DNA of 57,362 nt, filler included, from Basidiobolus ranarum (GCA_040143965.1; 4 parts of 4 records of this genome joined end to end with filler, not necessarily neighbours in it), one strand, 5' to 3'. Positions 11,121-24,800 are shown, counted from the whole stretch's first letter. Numbers and translations are program-made. The notes: generated from the sequence alone by a model not told the origin.

Positions 11121-14100
11121 TGTCTTTCTCATTATACGTGAAAAGGCCCTACTTTCATTTTACGTTGAAAGATATATGGAGATAAAAATGTCTCTCTCAA
11201 GACCAAAGGGGTCAAAATAAAATCAAGTAACAAACAACTGAGGAGAACAAAGATACGAATAAATGGTCAAATTACTTCACAAGTAGCAGTGCAGTATTTT
11301 ATTTATGTATAGATTGTCTCCTTTGTTAATAATTGCGGTCAACGCCAATCATCTTTACTATATCTGAGGTCAACCGACACCAATCACTACTACTCTCTGA
11401 CTATTAACGCAATATCCAAACAAGCTGATATTAGTGAAATTCGAGTACAATGTAAAAAACATGCAAGATCCACGGTACTGTTGACAGTAAAATAATGGGC
11501 ATCAGATATGTTGGATCACATGAACCTTCAAGATGACAATACCGGTGATTAGCTGGGTCGGAAGTTTTACATACAGTACTGTACTGCACTGCTAACGATG
11601 AGAGGCATTTTCTGGGCACAAAGCTGGCATTGGGATATGTGCGAATCAGTAAACAGTTTCCTATCCAGATCTGTCGAACCGAAATATTCCGAATCATGGA
11701 ATTGATTCAGGTTATTAGATGAAAAGGACAGATTTTGCATACCAACACTGTGGCTACCAAGACCAACTTCTAATCATACATAAGCGAGAGTAATCACAAC
11801 TTGTGAAGGTTCCGTAAACAGTTGACTTAACCTTGGCACCATCTTGGGGTTGGGACTTGCACATTAAAAAATTTGTCTACACCAGTTGACGAGACCAATA
11901 TGGCTACACAATAAAATATCGTCTCCATACTGTTGAAGATTGATTTAATCGAGCAAAAGGGGCCAGGGTAGGTTTCAAGAGTGCAGATAGTCCAAAAACT
12001 CCGAGAAGGGTACATGAATACTCATGCAGATGGTTGTAGTTACATGTGCATATACATTTTTTATGTCTAACACAGTTACTCCAAACCATCCGTCGTTTGT
12101 TACGACTCCTAGCACTCAAGCACGGTGACATATGAGAGTAGAATGGGCTTACCTAATACCAAATTGTATTTGCACAAATATACTGACGCCAGAATCTCTC
12201 TAAGCTCAAGAATCAACATCTCCACATCGATGATCGTAATGGGGACTTCATATTTCTGCTTGATGTGATTTCAATGATTAAGATTCAATCTACTCTTACT
12301 CTGATCTTACATCCTGCACAACACGTCATTAGGCTATTCCGATCTCTGTGCAGTCCAGAAATGGTTACCACCACTAGCAACCTTTCCTCAGCATCACATA
12401 GATCATAAATAACTGTTTCAGGTTCAGGTTCAGGCTCAGGCTCTCTTCCCGCATCGACATTGTTGCAATAGCTATGCAATTCCTTGAAAATAATGTGTAG
12501 ATCAAGTGTGAAGTTGCAAGCGCATGTAAATAAATCTATATCTGATCCATCTGACGAATACCAAGATCTCCGAGCTTGAGCATGTTACTAGTGGTAAAAT
12601 CTTATCGATATGGATCCTCCCCGATAACCAGGGAGATGCCAATACTACGCCCAACTAATGGATGGTTTTGTGTATGTCATTCAATCTATTCAAGAAGACT
12701 GCTTAGTTTCCAGAATATAGAGTGCCATTGACCGTCACAACTGATGGCTTGGGTGTCACTATCACATAAGGCATATATCAATTTAAGTTATCAGCAGAAA
12801 TTGATTGCAGATATATAAATATTACCAACATACTATATATGTAAATTATTTGAGGTCACGATCCTCTTCGTATACTAATCACCTATACGAAGCCACTGGG
12901 CTTGGCGAACATTTGTGTAGATTATTACAGCGCAAGAATCTACCATTATTGATTACAGTTGGTTGAACGGAAATATTCTTCTCAAGGAGCGTGGCCTGCT
13001 TTCATTATTATGAATCATACGACCAATTGAAGAGAGAAACGAAGAGATCGACAATAATTCTGCCCCCTTTAACTTGCTGATTCTATTTACCTACTGCCAA
13101 AGTCTATACCTGAAGATAGATATTGATATGATGGAATGTGCAACTTCATAAAGAGACATCCAACAAAGTATATTTGTTGCCGTATACAAGTGCAAACGAG
13201 GCTGCTGAACCCCTTTGTGAGACTTGGAGCAGTCACGTTTCTGAGCAAATATGATCCATGTGGAGCACATGTGATAAACCTATACTGTACTCGAGATAAC
13301 TGCTGCTGTAGCTTGGTGAGATATACTATCATCGAAATTTGTTTATTCTTCGGTTTGGCAGAGTTACACTTATGGATGTTCCTTGGAATACGTCATGCGT
13401 CACAACATGAATATTCTCACAGCTCACGCTCAACTAATGAGTAGTAAATAACTATGGATTTTCGATAGGACTGATTAGCAATCTTCCTAAGCATGTGCTC
13501 TGTGGTGTGTTTGAAAATATATTTTTTGGTTATCATCAGGTAAATGTGTTATAATATATATACTTCGACGCTTGCGAAAAAACTCTCTTGGCCATTGGTG
13601 TATAACTGCTAGGAAGATACAGGTTTTCTGATGAGTACTTTGGCGTATATTCCCTTAATACTTCCTAGTATTCGCTAAAGAATCTTTAGGCTCTTTGACA
13701 ACCGCAAGTATAACTTCTTCAACTTGAAAACTATCACTAGACAAGTGTGCCAAACAACTATTCTCTGATGCCTATTATTAATGGGGACAGATATACTTTC
13801 TATTTTATCTCTTGCGGTTTCTACGCAATCATTACCATGGGTTTTCGTAGTCTATACGATAGACTTATATACATTCAATTCAGTATGATCTAATACCAAT
13901 AAAAATTGTTGCGTTGAGTTTGCTGACTACTAATGGCATCACATATACATATGTTCTATGTATATAGACGCATTCAGAATTAACGCTTGCTGTATATTTT
14001 GTGAGTTGTATATAGATTAACTGCGAAATCATGATATCTTATTCATAGAGTACTGATGCTGACAACAAAAGACCCTACATCTTCTGTACTACTTGTCTAA

Positions 14101-14313
14101 ATAATAAATCGTTATTTAGGGAGTAATTCATCAAATGATACCTGCAACAGAGCATTCTAAAATATCTCAGGATCACATATTAAGATCAGAAATAGTCCAC
14201 ATAATGCTTAGCTATTGCAAAGGCGCCAAATAGTATATTTGAAAGGGATTATTATATTGACATTGAGTACCAGGATATTTCATGGATGACCACAAAAGAA
14301 TCCGATTTTGGAG

Positions 14314-14413
14314 NNNNNNNNNNNNNNNNNNNNNNNNNNNNNNNNNNNNNNNNNNNNTTAATTAATTAANNNNNNNNNNNNNNNNNNNNNNNNNNNNNNN
14401 NNNNNNNNNNNNN
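14314..14413. other. Assembly gap with artificial six-frame stop spacer
   Basis: 44 N + TTAATTAATTAA + 44 N. Confidence 0.98.
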
Positions 14414-14430
14414 CTACAGACACTTAGAGT

Positions 14431-15260
14431 CTATGACGGTAGCGAGATATGGTAAGAGTTATTTCCGTGGGAAGCAAAAGTACGTGAAATTTTACAACAA
14501 TTTAATTCTCGTTTTGACGCCACCAATGTGTCTGGGTTTTGAATGTTTTGGATGAGTTGAATGAAATAGAACTTGTTGTTGTTGTGACCAATATTTGTCT
14601 GGTTGAGGGCAACGTCCCAAATGGTGTCTTCGTCATCTATGTAGACTTTCGCTTGGCTCTTCGTCACACTGAATATAGGGTATATCTTAGATGAGGCGAT
14701 TCAATATGCTACTAATCACATGCTACGTACCCAACAAAAGGATCAATGGGAACACAAGGTTCTCTTCTGGCCTTCTTTTTGGGGCTCTCCTCATTCTCTT
14801 CCTCTCTTTTAATGCAATTGGCTTTAGATGGAGTTTTATCCACACCTTGATTGTCCTCTTCCTCCTTGTCGAGTGTCGATCTCCTTTTCACTCCAGATTG
14901 GTCGGTAGAGTCGGTAAATGATGACGATACAGTGCAGGTGGTTTGATTAGGCAATGATGCTCCATCTTGGTATTTGGGAGAGTAGTGATCTTCGTCGAGT
15001 AGTTTTCCCTCGTTTGTAGAATCCAGAAGCCATTCTAACGTTACAATCTTGATGTTCTCTTTTTTCAGTGCTTGGGAGACTTTGGGAGAAGGCTTGCAGA
15101 AGTCCTGGGTAGTGACAACCAGGTGGGTTGTGTTGGCAGTAATTCGAGCCAAAGCTGTACCGTCAAACGATTTCACCAACTCAATAAGCTTAGCATGAGT
15201 ATAATTATGAAATGTTCCGGAGAAGGCAAAATTCAAATCTTTTAACACTGATTGTGTCAT
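14431..15260 (-). pseudogene. Poly(ADP-ribose) polymerase 5' fragment (BRCT plus start of WGR domain), truncated
   Basis: ATG 15260; BRCT (FAFSGTF...THLVVT...IVTLEWLLDS); intron 14730-14669; WGR start DVALNQTNIGHNNNKFYFIQL. Homology is lost near 14527 and a stop follows at 14431. No WGR motif, regulatory or catalytic domain is seen. Confidence 0.75.
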
Positions 15261-16749
15261 AGGCAACAGCGATAGAACTTGTGTTGAAGGAAATAAGCAA
15301 CGATTGCAGGCCTTGTACAATATTTATATTCCCTTTAGAACCGGCAATAAATCTCAGTATCACTATCACTCTACTGGTGAAGACCGTCAAAAGGCGTCTC
15401 TTACCAAGCCACAGCTCCAGTGAAACTTCATATGATTGGTCAATGTGCACAGTTGTTACTGCAATACCCACTTACCCCTGTCACTGCGGCATTATGTAAC
15501 ACACTGATAATGATCAAATCTCGAAGGCCCATAATGAGATAGTTGCGTTGAACGTTCGACAGATTTATTAGCTCTATGACGAACAATTTTACCGATGCAT
15601 TTGTGTTTGCAACCTGAAGTGAGGTTGATATCAGTGGATCGTTGGAAAGATGTGATTTGTTCAACGCAATATCAGAAAAGTCAGCTGCGCTATGCAATCT
15701 AACATTTATAGTCAGCTAATTTCAGCATTCCTACCCATTGTATCCATATCATGAATGATAGAAACATCTATTACCACGTACCACAGTTTACACAACCACT
15801 GCATGTTAAACCTGCCAATTTGGTATCACTGGTGCATAGCCTCCACCTCAAGTCAGTCATCAGTGATTCTTTAAATTGTCCAATGGGTTCATGAATTTTA
15901 GACAACAACGGCAGATCTCCAGAATCCTCATTAGTATAATTCTAGAGTTCAACATTGTCGCTTAGAGATCTCTCTTACTACCATATCTGTATCTGCAAAT
16001 CATCCAGAAGGTAGACAGTTTCCATTCACCATTTACTGGCGTACCCAGCAAGAGGTTGGTTTTCATTGCTGTGGTGATCGGCCAGATAATATTTGGTCTG
16101 GAATGTGTTTAGATTTGGTCATAATAGTCACACTAATCAATGATATGTATATTGTATAGCCCTGACAGTGTGCCAGTAGTTCGTGGATGACACTATTCAA
16201 AGGTTACACTTTTGAGATTCTTGTAACAATCCAGCAAAAGTATGATAACCATCCTATCATTACACATACCATACTTAGCTACGACCAGTTCGAAATGGCT
16301 ATGAACACACACGTTATCACGATACTTCACATGAGGAATGTTCACCGATATCTCACCCATTCCATACTACACATCTCCAATGCTTCAGCTTAAGTGTTTG
16401 TTCATCACAAATGGTAGAGGCTAGCAGCTACCAAATGCACTCTTGTACATGAGGATTATTGACTCCTAGAGTGTAGATTCGACGCTAAATCGGTTTCAGA
16501 AAAACGACCTAGTTCACACGATGAAAACGAACATGGTATCTGGGCAATTCAGATTTAATTTTTAACTGGTAGACTGCATTTCTTTCGTCAGTCCCATGTT
16601 GGTTACTAATATTACTACCGTGTCTTATATAACTCTTGTTTATTACTTCTATATATTACTTGATAATGTGTGAATGCGATACCAAACCATTTGTGGATAT
16701 ACGGTGGCCACCAAGCGGTGGATGCATGGAGAATCGTAAGAGAGTAAAC

Positions 16750-17787
16750 TCAATCAAAACTATCCTGTTTGTTACTAGCATTGTCCAACATCTGCTTATA
16801 CTTTCTGGATTCTTGAATGGCTTGGAGGATGGGTGATTCTGAAAAGTAGTCTCACTTTAGTGCTATTTCAATGGGTATCAAGTTAGCTTTACTTACCGTA
16901 GTCATCCATCTCCTGACCCAAGTTTCCTAGAAATTGCCTCTCTACTTTCATGTGCTCGTGATCCTCTTCTAGCTGCTTCCACTGGTTTACACGTTTCTGA
17001 GCAACTATTACTCTGTTCTTTAGCATCATAGATATCCAATGGGGTTGAATCTTGTGTCTTGGTCTTCGAAATTTATACCCCAACTGCATTGTAACCACAT
17101 GAAAATCTTTTGTAATGGGGGCATACCGGCGCCCTTTGGGTGAGATAGGATATTTAGGTGTGTACAAGCGAGGATCTATAGGAACGCGATATGCTGGATG
17201 TGTATCTTTTTTACGTGCTGACTGTGATCTTATGTCGCTTACATACTTGAGGGCTGCTCTCTGTTGAATAATTTAGAACCTCTATTGAACCTTATAATCA
17301 TATAAATACTAGCTTTACCCTAGACGTATCTTTCAACTAACAAAAGAAAGCAAAATAAAGTTAAAAATGAGAAGTAACAAGTCCATGGACTTAAAGTTTA
17401 CTGACTATATTTAGAATCAATCTCAAACGTCCAGTTTTTCCCCATGCTAAGTCGTCTAGTTCTTTTAGTATTTGAGAGTCGCCTTCTCCATTGAGTTTTC
17501 TCAGTTTTTCTAAATACTTTTCAGATATTGTCAGCATTGAAAGCGGTCGAATAACGATAGTTCAATGGACATACCAATCTTCCCTCATCTAAGTAACAAT
17601 CGACTTGCTTTGGAGAGGTATTAGATCTGTTGAAACGGAATCTTTCTCGGATAGTGTAATACAAGTATCTATGGTGAAACTCTTCTAGTTTACCAGCTTC
17701 TCGTAACAATGCTCGATATAAACTCAACACTGGACGACGATGTTCAATTAGTTTGAAAAAAGGTTTGTTAAAAGTTGATTTACTCAT
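16750..17787 (-). CDS. LYR-motif (Complex1_LYR family) mitochondrial protein, 5 exons
   Basis: N-terminal VLSLYRALLREA...IRERFRFNR LYR motif. Spliced continuation YLEKLRK...LAWGKTG / LKDTSR / RAALKY...HWISMMLKNRV / ESPILQ...DSFD* through GT-AG introns. Confidence 0.75.
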
Positions 17788-19258
17788 GAGAAGGGGTGTA
17801 AATATGACTGGCGAGACCTAGGGAACAAAAGAATCAACACTTCCGTAGAACCCACACAGTGTCAAAAATTTTGGATCATTTTCTAATTTTTCCATTTCCT
17901 TATTTCAACCACCTTGAACGTAGATAAAACTTTTTGATAAAAAATCGACCCAATTCAGCTTCGATATATATAGAGCGTTTCATATGGTAACAATTCATTC
18001 AGATTATGCTCATAATAGTGTAGAAAACTATGTGAGTCGATATTATCTTCCATTCAAAGAAAATAAGTCAGATAACCAAAGTATTCAACAGTACCAAGAG
18101 AAACCATGTCATCCACAGTCACATTTTAGACTCATCTTATTTCCATGATTATATCCTCCGTATTGTAAAATCTTTTATTAGCTAAACCTGTTGCAACATT
18201 CTCATTTGGTAACATTTACAAGAATGTAAAATTATTTCCAAAAAGCTCGCTACGTCCCAACATTTTCCTTCTTCGTAATTAATAGAATCTGACTCTTGGT
18301 ATTTCTTTAACCCACTGTTCATCAGAAATACTGGTTGATCTGAGGGACTTCGAGATGGTTCTTCTATTTAACGGACATAACCACCCCCACGTGTTACAAA
18401 TATCCCTTTTTTTACAATAAGAGTTGCCTATTTTCAGTAGGTTTGCTCTTCTAACACTTACAGAACATTTCGCTTCCATGATACTTTCAGTACATTAGTC
18501 TCTGCCGAGTCTTATTATATATATTAAGTTCAATTGAGTCTAAGACTAGATACTATAGATAGAGTATGATAAATGAGGCTCGAAACGGGTTGGAAAATTG
18601 GTGAAAGATGCTTGGTTAAGACAAAATTTCTAGGCGTTTATGGTATAATAACTCACATGAATTTACTACTTGAAAATTGCTCACATGTTTGAAAGGTGAT
18701 TACTTTAACTACGGATGATTGGTTTAAAATGAATATAATAGTCCTCGTATGATGGCTACAATTACTTGGTATCTTTTCATCATCGAAAAAGTCCATCTTG
18801 TCGCTTATATCGAAACATAACCTATTAATAACAGAGGGTTAGCGCATCTTCCGTCTCCATGACCGCATGATGACGGATGGATGTTCACATGTTTCTATTA
18901 AATCCAAGTTCTTGCTTATCAAATGAGTATTTTATTATTCTGATGGCAAAATCAATTACATTCATACAACGTATAGAGTACATTTAATATATAGTAGCAT
19001 AAGGTATGCAGATGTTCAGAATTGATATGTATACTTGAATGCCATTGGGTGGAATTCAACCAAAAAATTAGTTTGTATACTAAGGAAGCTTCCAAGTAAC
19101 AGATAACATTGGGGAGAGATGTGTTAGAATAAGAATATCCTGCTTTTCTGGGATATCCCGAGTGTTGCAAGATGAAATCGTACATTTCGGAAGCTAGGAT
19201 CGCATGCGCATTGCTTCGTTTGTCAATGTATGTTGTGGTTGCGTCTATTTGCAATGAC

Positions 19259-21899
19259 TCAGTTCTCGGACGAACTTCTCGATATTGATGATGAGCTTGA
19301 GGGACTGGCCTGCTTTAGATACTGTGATGTCGAAGCACTACAATTAGAGCATATGTGGCTTCCATCTTCGGTGGTGTACCACTCGGATGATTCGGTTCTT
19401 TGGCATGAGGAGCAAGTCTTGGAGTTGGACACTTTTCTTTTCTTTTTCTTTCGTGAATTCGTCAAGTTATCAATCTCCTCTTGAAGCTTTTTATTCGCTA
19501 GTCTAAGTTGATGTAGTTCGTATTGCCAGGTGGTTGTTCGGTCTACATGCAACATATCAAATACATCATCCTCATCACTACAAACTTGATTAGTTTGAGG
19601 AGAAGGTGAATTCGAGGATATGCTTGATTGTTCTGCATCACTTCCATCTTCTAATATCCTAGTTTGACACAAGATATATGCCGGGTTTTGCGTGTCAACA
19701 TGAGGATTTCCGGGATAGAATGTACTCGCGAATTCTACGTATTGTCCTCTCCTGTTTTGAATATTGTGTCTTAATTTGACTGTAGTACCCATGCGTACTT
19801 GCTGTAAAGCACTGGTGATTGCCGTTGTACGATCCGATTTAACCAATTGATATAAAGAGGTTCCCACTAATTCATCTGAAGGTACACCTAGTAACTTTTG
19901 GCATTCAGAAGTGGCATAGAGATATGTACCGTCAATGGTAAGTTTCGCCCAGAATTCATCATCGGAAAGTCCACCACATATTCCTAGAGCATCCCACGAT
20001 AGTTTATAAACCGGACGTGGACGACCAACCAAGACAACGCATTTACGTCCTTTTCCTTGGTCTGAATGAAGTTTTCCTTGAGCCTCAAACCATATGTAAC
20101 TATTGTCCTTGCGTCGGATGCGATAGCATAAACTTGTAGTATCTTGGCCTGACGCTGCTTCTTTGATTTCTCTCATTACTGGAACCAAATCACTAGGAGA
20201 GCACACATAAGACACATTTCTACCAATTAGCTCTTCTGGATCGTATCCAAGCATTTTTTTACAACTTGATGAACAAAAAAGAAACACTCCTTTTAATGAT
20301 ACAATATGTATCAGATCTTCAGAATTGTCGATGAGCATTTGATTCCATAAACGTGTAGTGATATCTTCATCCGAGTTGGCACCTATTCCGATTAAATCAA
20401 AGACCTCGGGAGAGATTGCGGTAGAAGTACCATTGGATGCAGTCAAAGTGGTAGTCTTATAATATTCATCGAATGGGCGATGAAACAAACCTATATTTGT
20501 GAAGCATCAAGAGTCCGTTAATAAAGATATTCTAAGCGAATCCAAAGGCTTATCCAATCACTAACCGGTTGAGATGAGGGGAGGAATGTTGAGTAAGTTA
20601 TAGTTGACAATGTATGTACCATCTTTCATCTTTTGGAGTATATCGTTAGGTTGCTCAATTAGGTTCACCTGGAATCCTACAAAGTGAGTGATTTCGGCCC
20701 CCTCGTAAGCAATCGGAATGATGGTAATCAAATTTATGAATGGTTGGCCATCCTTCTTGTAATTCACTATTGAAACTTGATATTCCTTTCCTTGCAGCAT
20801 GTGGTTACGAATGTTGTGAACCGCATTATTGTCTGTATATCTACGTCTTGAACCTAAAGACACTTGACCATCAGGCGACTGTAAGAACCTACAATTCTTC
20901 CCGACAATTTCCGTACTCTTATAGCCTGAAAGCTTTTCAAATGAACTACTAGCATACACAATAGGAAAATCAAATCTACAAGCATCCACTATGTTGACGG
21001 TTAGTTGGAAATGGATCACAAACATCATGAGGCTGATTTCATGCATACCGACTAAAAATGCGCAGCTCATGTCTACAGGACCAATATCGATTTGAGGATT
21101 GGAGCTTAAGTAAAGGATGTTTAGGATTGATACGTTTGTTTGGATTGATTTGATGTGTGAGCTCGCCTTACCGATTAGAGATACGACCCTAACAAAGACA
21201 AATGGTATACACGGTTAGTATACCTTACAAGGCGAAAACAAAATGGCATCACATACCAGGATTCCAATCATATCAAACCCGGAGTTGGAGTAAAGTCCAG
21301 GGAAACTGTTCAATGATCCCACAGAGGTACCCATTACTGATGAGCATGATATGTAGATGATCAGTACATGTGGTGGAGAACTGAACGAGAAAGGGTAAGT
21401 TTACCTTTTTCAGTGCAATTTTGAGGCGCTGGCTGAGGTACTAGTGATTCCAAACTAGGTAACTCAGAGATATTCGTGTTCATTGTTGCATACATATCAA
21501 CGCGTTCGGGTATGTCAAAGCTAAAAGGATTAACTGGAATACTGAGACACATAGAGTTGAGGTCCTCTTGGTTGGCATTGGCTTTGCCTGTATCCAGGCT
21601 CTGCAGGTCAAGTGAAGAAGAATATCCATCGCTATAAATTTGTGTGTAGTATGTCAGTTGTATTTCGGTCTCAAAGATTTGTAGAAATAGGAGCCGTCTC
21701 TCGAAGAATATCAGGTAGCAAAGAACACTTACGTTGGCCGCTGAATGAAATGTGCTGGGTATAGCATATCAGGATCAAGAAATTCATGATTAGAGTTGTT
21801 CATAGAGACATTGAAGGGCACAATGGTGTTCGAGTCAATGAAATTTTCAAACTTAATTTCATCCTGCGGATCAATGAGGTTAGAAGCATTGAAGTTCAT
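19259..21899 (-). CDS. wc-1: White collar-1-like blue-light photoreceptor (LOV, two PAS domains, divergent GATA-type zinc finger)
   Basis: Spliced: GLYSNSGFDMIGIL / GRISNR (17-nt micro-exon 21188-21172) / SNPQIDIGPVDMSCAFLV / LOV with GKNCRFLQ. PAS-B (NSEDLIHIVSLKGVF), PAS-C, the WQYELHQLRLANKKL coiled coil, a basic NLS and CxxC-x17-CxxC follow. Confidence 0.93.
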
Positions 21900-24800
21900 T
21901 GCCAATATAACACGAAGTTACTCGTGGGGGAGGGGGGTTGAGTGATTGTACTAGTTCCGAAGAGCGATGTAGTCGCGAATAAACACTAATGTGAGGAGAT
22001 TAGTGAGTAGATGACGAATAGGTATGTGCGAAATGTTTGTTGCTGATGGAAGCAAAGGAAGATAGTTGAAGAAATAAAACTCTGTTAAAGTAAAAGTGTT
22101 TGCAACGAGGATATGCCACCTTTTATATTTAAAATGCATCCGCATATCAATATTGATCCATTTACGCTTCAAAATTCGATTATTTCATAGAATCCGCGAT
22201 GATTTTTGACACGTCAACACAGCCTTCTTAGCTTCGATACACAATAGGCAGTCTGGAGAATAGTGTATGGATTATAAAATACAGGTGACATACCAATACT
22301 GTTACAGCTGGAGAAATGTAAGGAATATAGCTAAATATCGGCCATGCCATATCCCATCTCGATTCTGTTGAGCCAAACCCTGTGCAAGGTAATTGCTGAT
22401 TTCTATTGGATGCTGATTGGTGAAGAGAAATGGGTTATAGGGACTGCGATCGTGACTTAACTACAAGCCCAGCGATTTGGGTCATCATGGGATATTTGAT
22501 TTATATGCCTTGGGATCCTTAGCATCATGATACCCTCATCCCTTGATCCTTTCTATCGCATTTGTCAACGTGATCGTTGTCTATTATGACTGGATCTAGT
22601 TCTGCTTAACACACGCCCATTGGCGAGGTGTCCCACCGACTGAGTCATTGATTGAGCTTAAGCGAATTCACAATGTTTGTCTTCTCACTCTTCACCGCTC
22701 TAATAATGCATCGATTACAGGCACGCGTTCAACATAGAACATTATTTACTTCCTTGATCTTGACTTCAGTCGAAAGAATTCGGCTGCGCCTCTCCCATTA
22801 CCCTCGCGTTGGACATCAAAGATGATCTTGAATTCACCGATTCGTCCACCATTATTCCGATTGAATTTTTCTTGATTTGGAATGGAATCATTGCCGCCAA
22901 AAGGCTAGGAGCCAGAGAATTTGTTGGAAGAGATTAGGTAAGGTGAGATTGAATCCATCTAAAAGCAACCAGACACGGTTGCTTGGAATCCTCAGCAATG
23001 TTTCAATATTCTGTCACCAAAAACCGTTATGTTTAGATGGTTACACCAGGTGACTCCATTTACGCTACAAGTGGTATCATTAGCGAGAAAATCCCCGAGT
23101 ATATCTGTAATAAATGGTAGGGCTAAGCCCAGAGTGATAACGATTATCAATCTCGGAGGTACACAGGCTGGGTGTTGAAAGAAATTCATTGCAAGCAGTT
23201 CATGATCAACCAACCTAGCACATGTTCGTTTATTGGTGGTGTTCCTAAATGTCTCATCTAATTGTATAGGCTTCATATTATGGGGCACACTTTTTAGAGC
23301 GTATTGAGTGCATGGTGTAGTGCTATACGTTGAGATCAAAACATGATTCTGAAGCATGAGGATAGCAAAATGCACATTGATAGGAGAAGATAGTCCCCTG
23401 TGTAAATGGTTTGTGACATAGCTGGTTTAATATGATGTTTACGCAAACTGTGTTGTCCCGTCAGAGTATTCTAGAATGCAATATCCTTCACAGTAGTTGA
23501 TTCAAAAAGATGTTTGTGAAATACATATGTTCCGATGAGATATCCGTAAAGTATAAAGTAGGCTAACCCTTGGCCAACTACTCTGCTAGGAAAATTACCA
23601 ATATGAAGACTGTTAAAACGAACGCATTTTGGTAAAACCTCGTGTCTCTGCATTACATAAGAGATATTGTTACTACATAATCTCAATGACCAACTAAAGC
23701 TATTAGAGCACATATCATACTTGCTGACAAAAAATACTCCACATAGCTTACCTTTACAGACAGACTGGGTGTGCAGGTTTAATGTTTTTATAGTTACAAT
23801 CAAAACTAGAGTCTGAGCATAGACAAATCCTATCAACGCATGGCTTTCGAAATCTCATGGAATATACGTCCCAAGGCATACTCAGGTTGCCAACAACCCT
23901 TTTGTACCCTAAGTTGTGGATCTATTGATGCTTTAAAAACTGAAGCCAAATTCAACTACAAAGCATACGTAATTTGTTCTGATTTGCATTTGTGAAAAAG
24001 GAAAGCAACTGGTGATAATTGTTTTTGTTTGTTAATCGATAATATCAGCATATAGAACCATCGAGTTCCTCTAAAACAAGTGGATATACGATATGAAATC
24101 TCGATTCCGCCTACTCTATTGGTGCTAGATACATATAATTCACATTTACATCCGCAGTTCGAAAACTAATCAATTGGCTCACCAAAAACTACGACCTTTG
24201 CACAAACCTCTTGGTTGAAGCGAGGTCATCAGTACGACTTAATCGGAATTACTAATGTTTGTTGTCCTTGCTACAAAATCTCCTTATTTGACACAACATA
24301 AGGAGTGCTTTGACTTGTTTTTCAAGAACTTGTAAAAATCCTGAGTGATCGATGGAATTAGACAAGGGGTTCCAGCGTCTTTGTTAATAAGATCAATGTC
24401 CATCTTACCTAGGCTTAGTATTTGAACAGGGATATGTTATTGTTATATGGGCAGTCTCAGTGGCTATAGGATGCTCTTCTTGCATGGTGAGGTTTGTGCG
24501 ACGTAGTTCGATATCGATTCTGGACTCAATCAAGTCTACTTCTTGTAGACGGCCGAATCATATTGATGATTTATCCGCAGATTCAGTTATATTAAATTGC
24601 CCTCCGGTTATCTTTATTAATTTATAAACACATTTTCTCTAGATTTCAGCCATACTGTGATATAACCTTGCTATTGCTGGTTTTTTCACTTTCCAACTTG
24701 ACCATACTAACCAGTATTAGTTCAATCCCCTAACATAATCTTTAGGGGGAATTCAAGCTTGGAGTATTATTCTGTTGAGTCTTCAAACTTCCCTTTTCTC

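Noticed and set aside
14358-14369. TTAATTAATTAA repeated identically at three places (also 28730-28741 and 43073-43084)
   Set aside because: Each copy is centred in a 100-nt N run. This is an artificial all-frame stop linker from scaffolding, not a piggyBac site or a biological repeat.
22992-23836. ORFs of 127 and 121 aa between wc-1 and the acyltransferase
   Set aside because: Non-ATG starts, no recognisable motifs and no splice support. Probably non-coding or unrecognisably decayed.
24190-24240. Hammerhead-like CTGATGA followed by a CCTC/GAGG stem on the minus strand
   Set aside because: The required GAAA after stem II and the other stems are missing.
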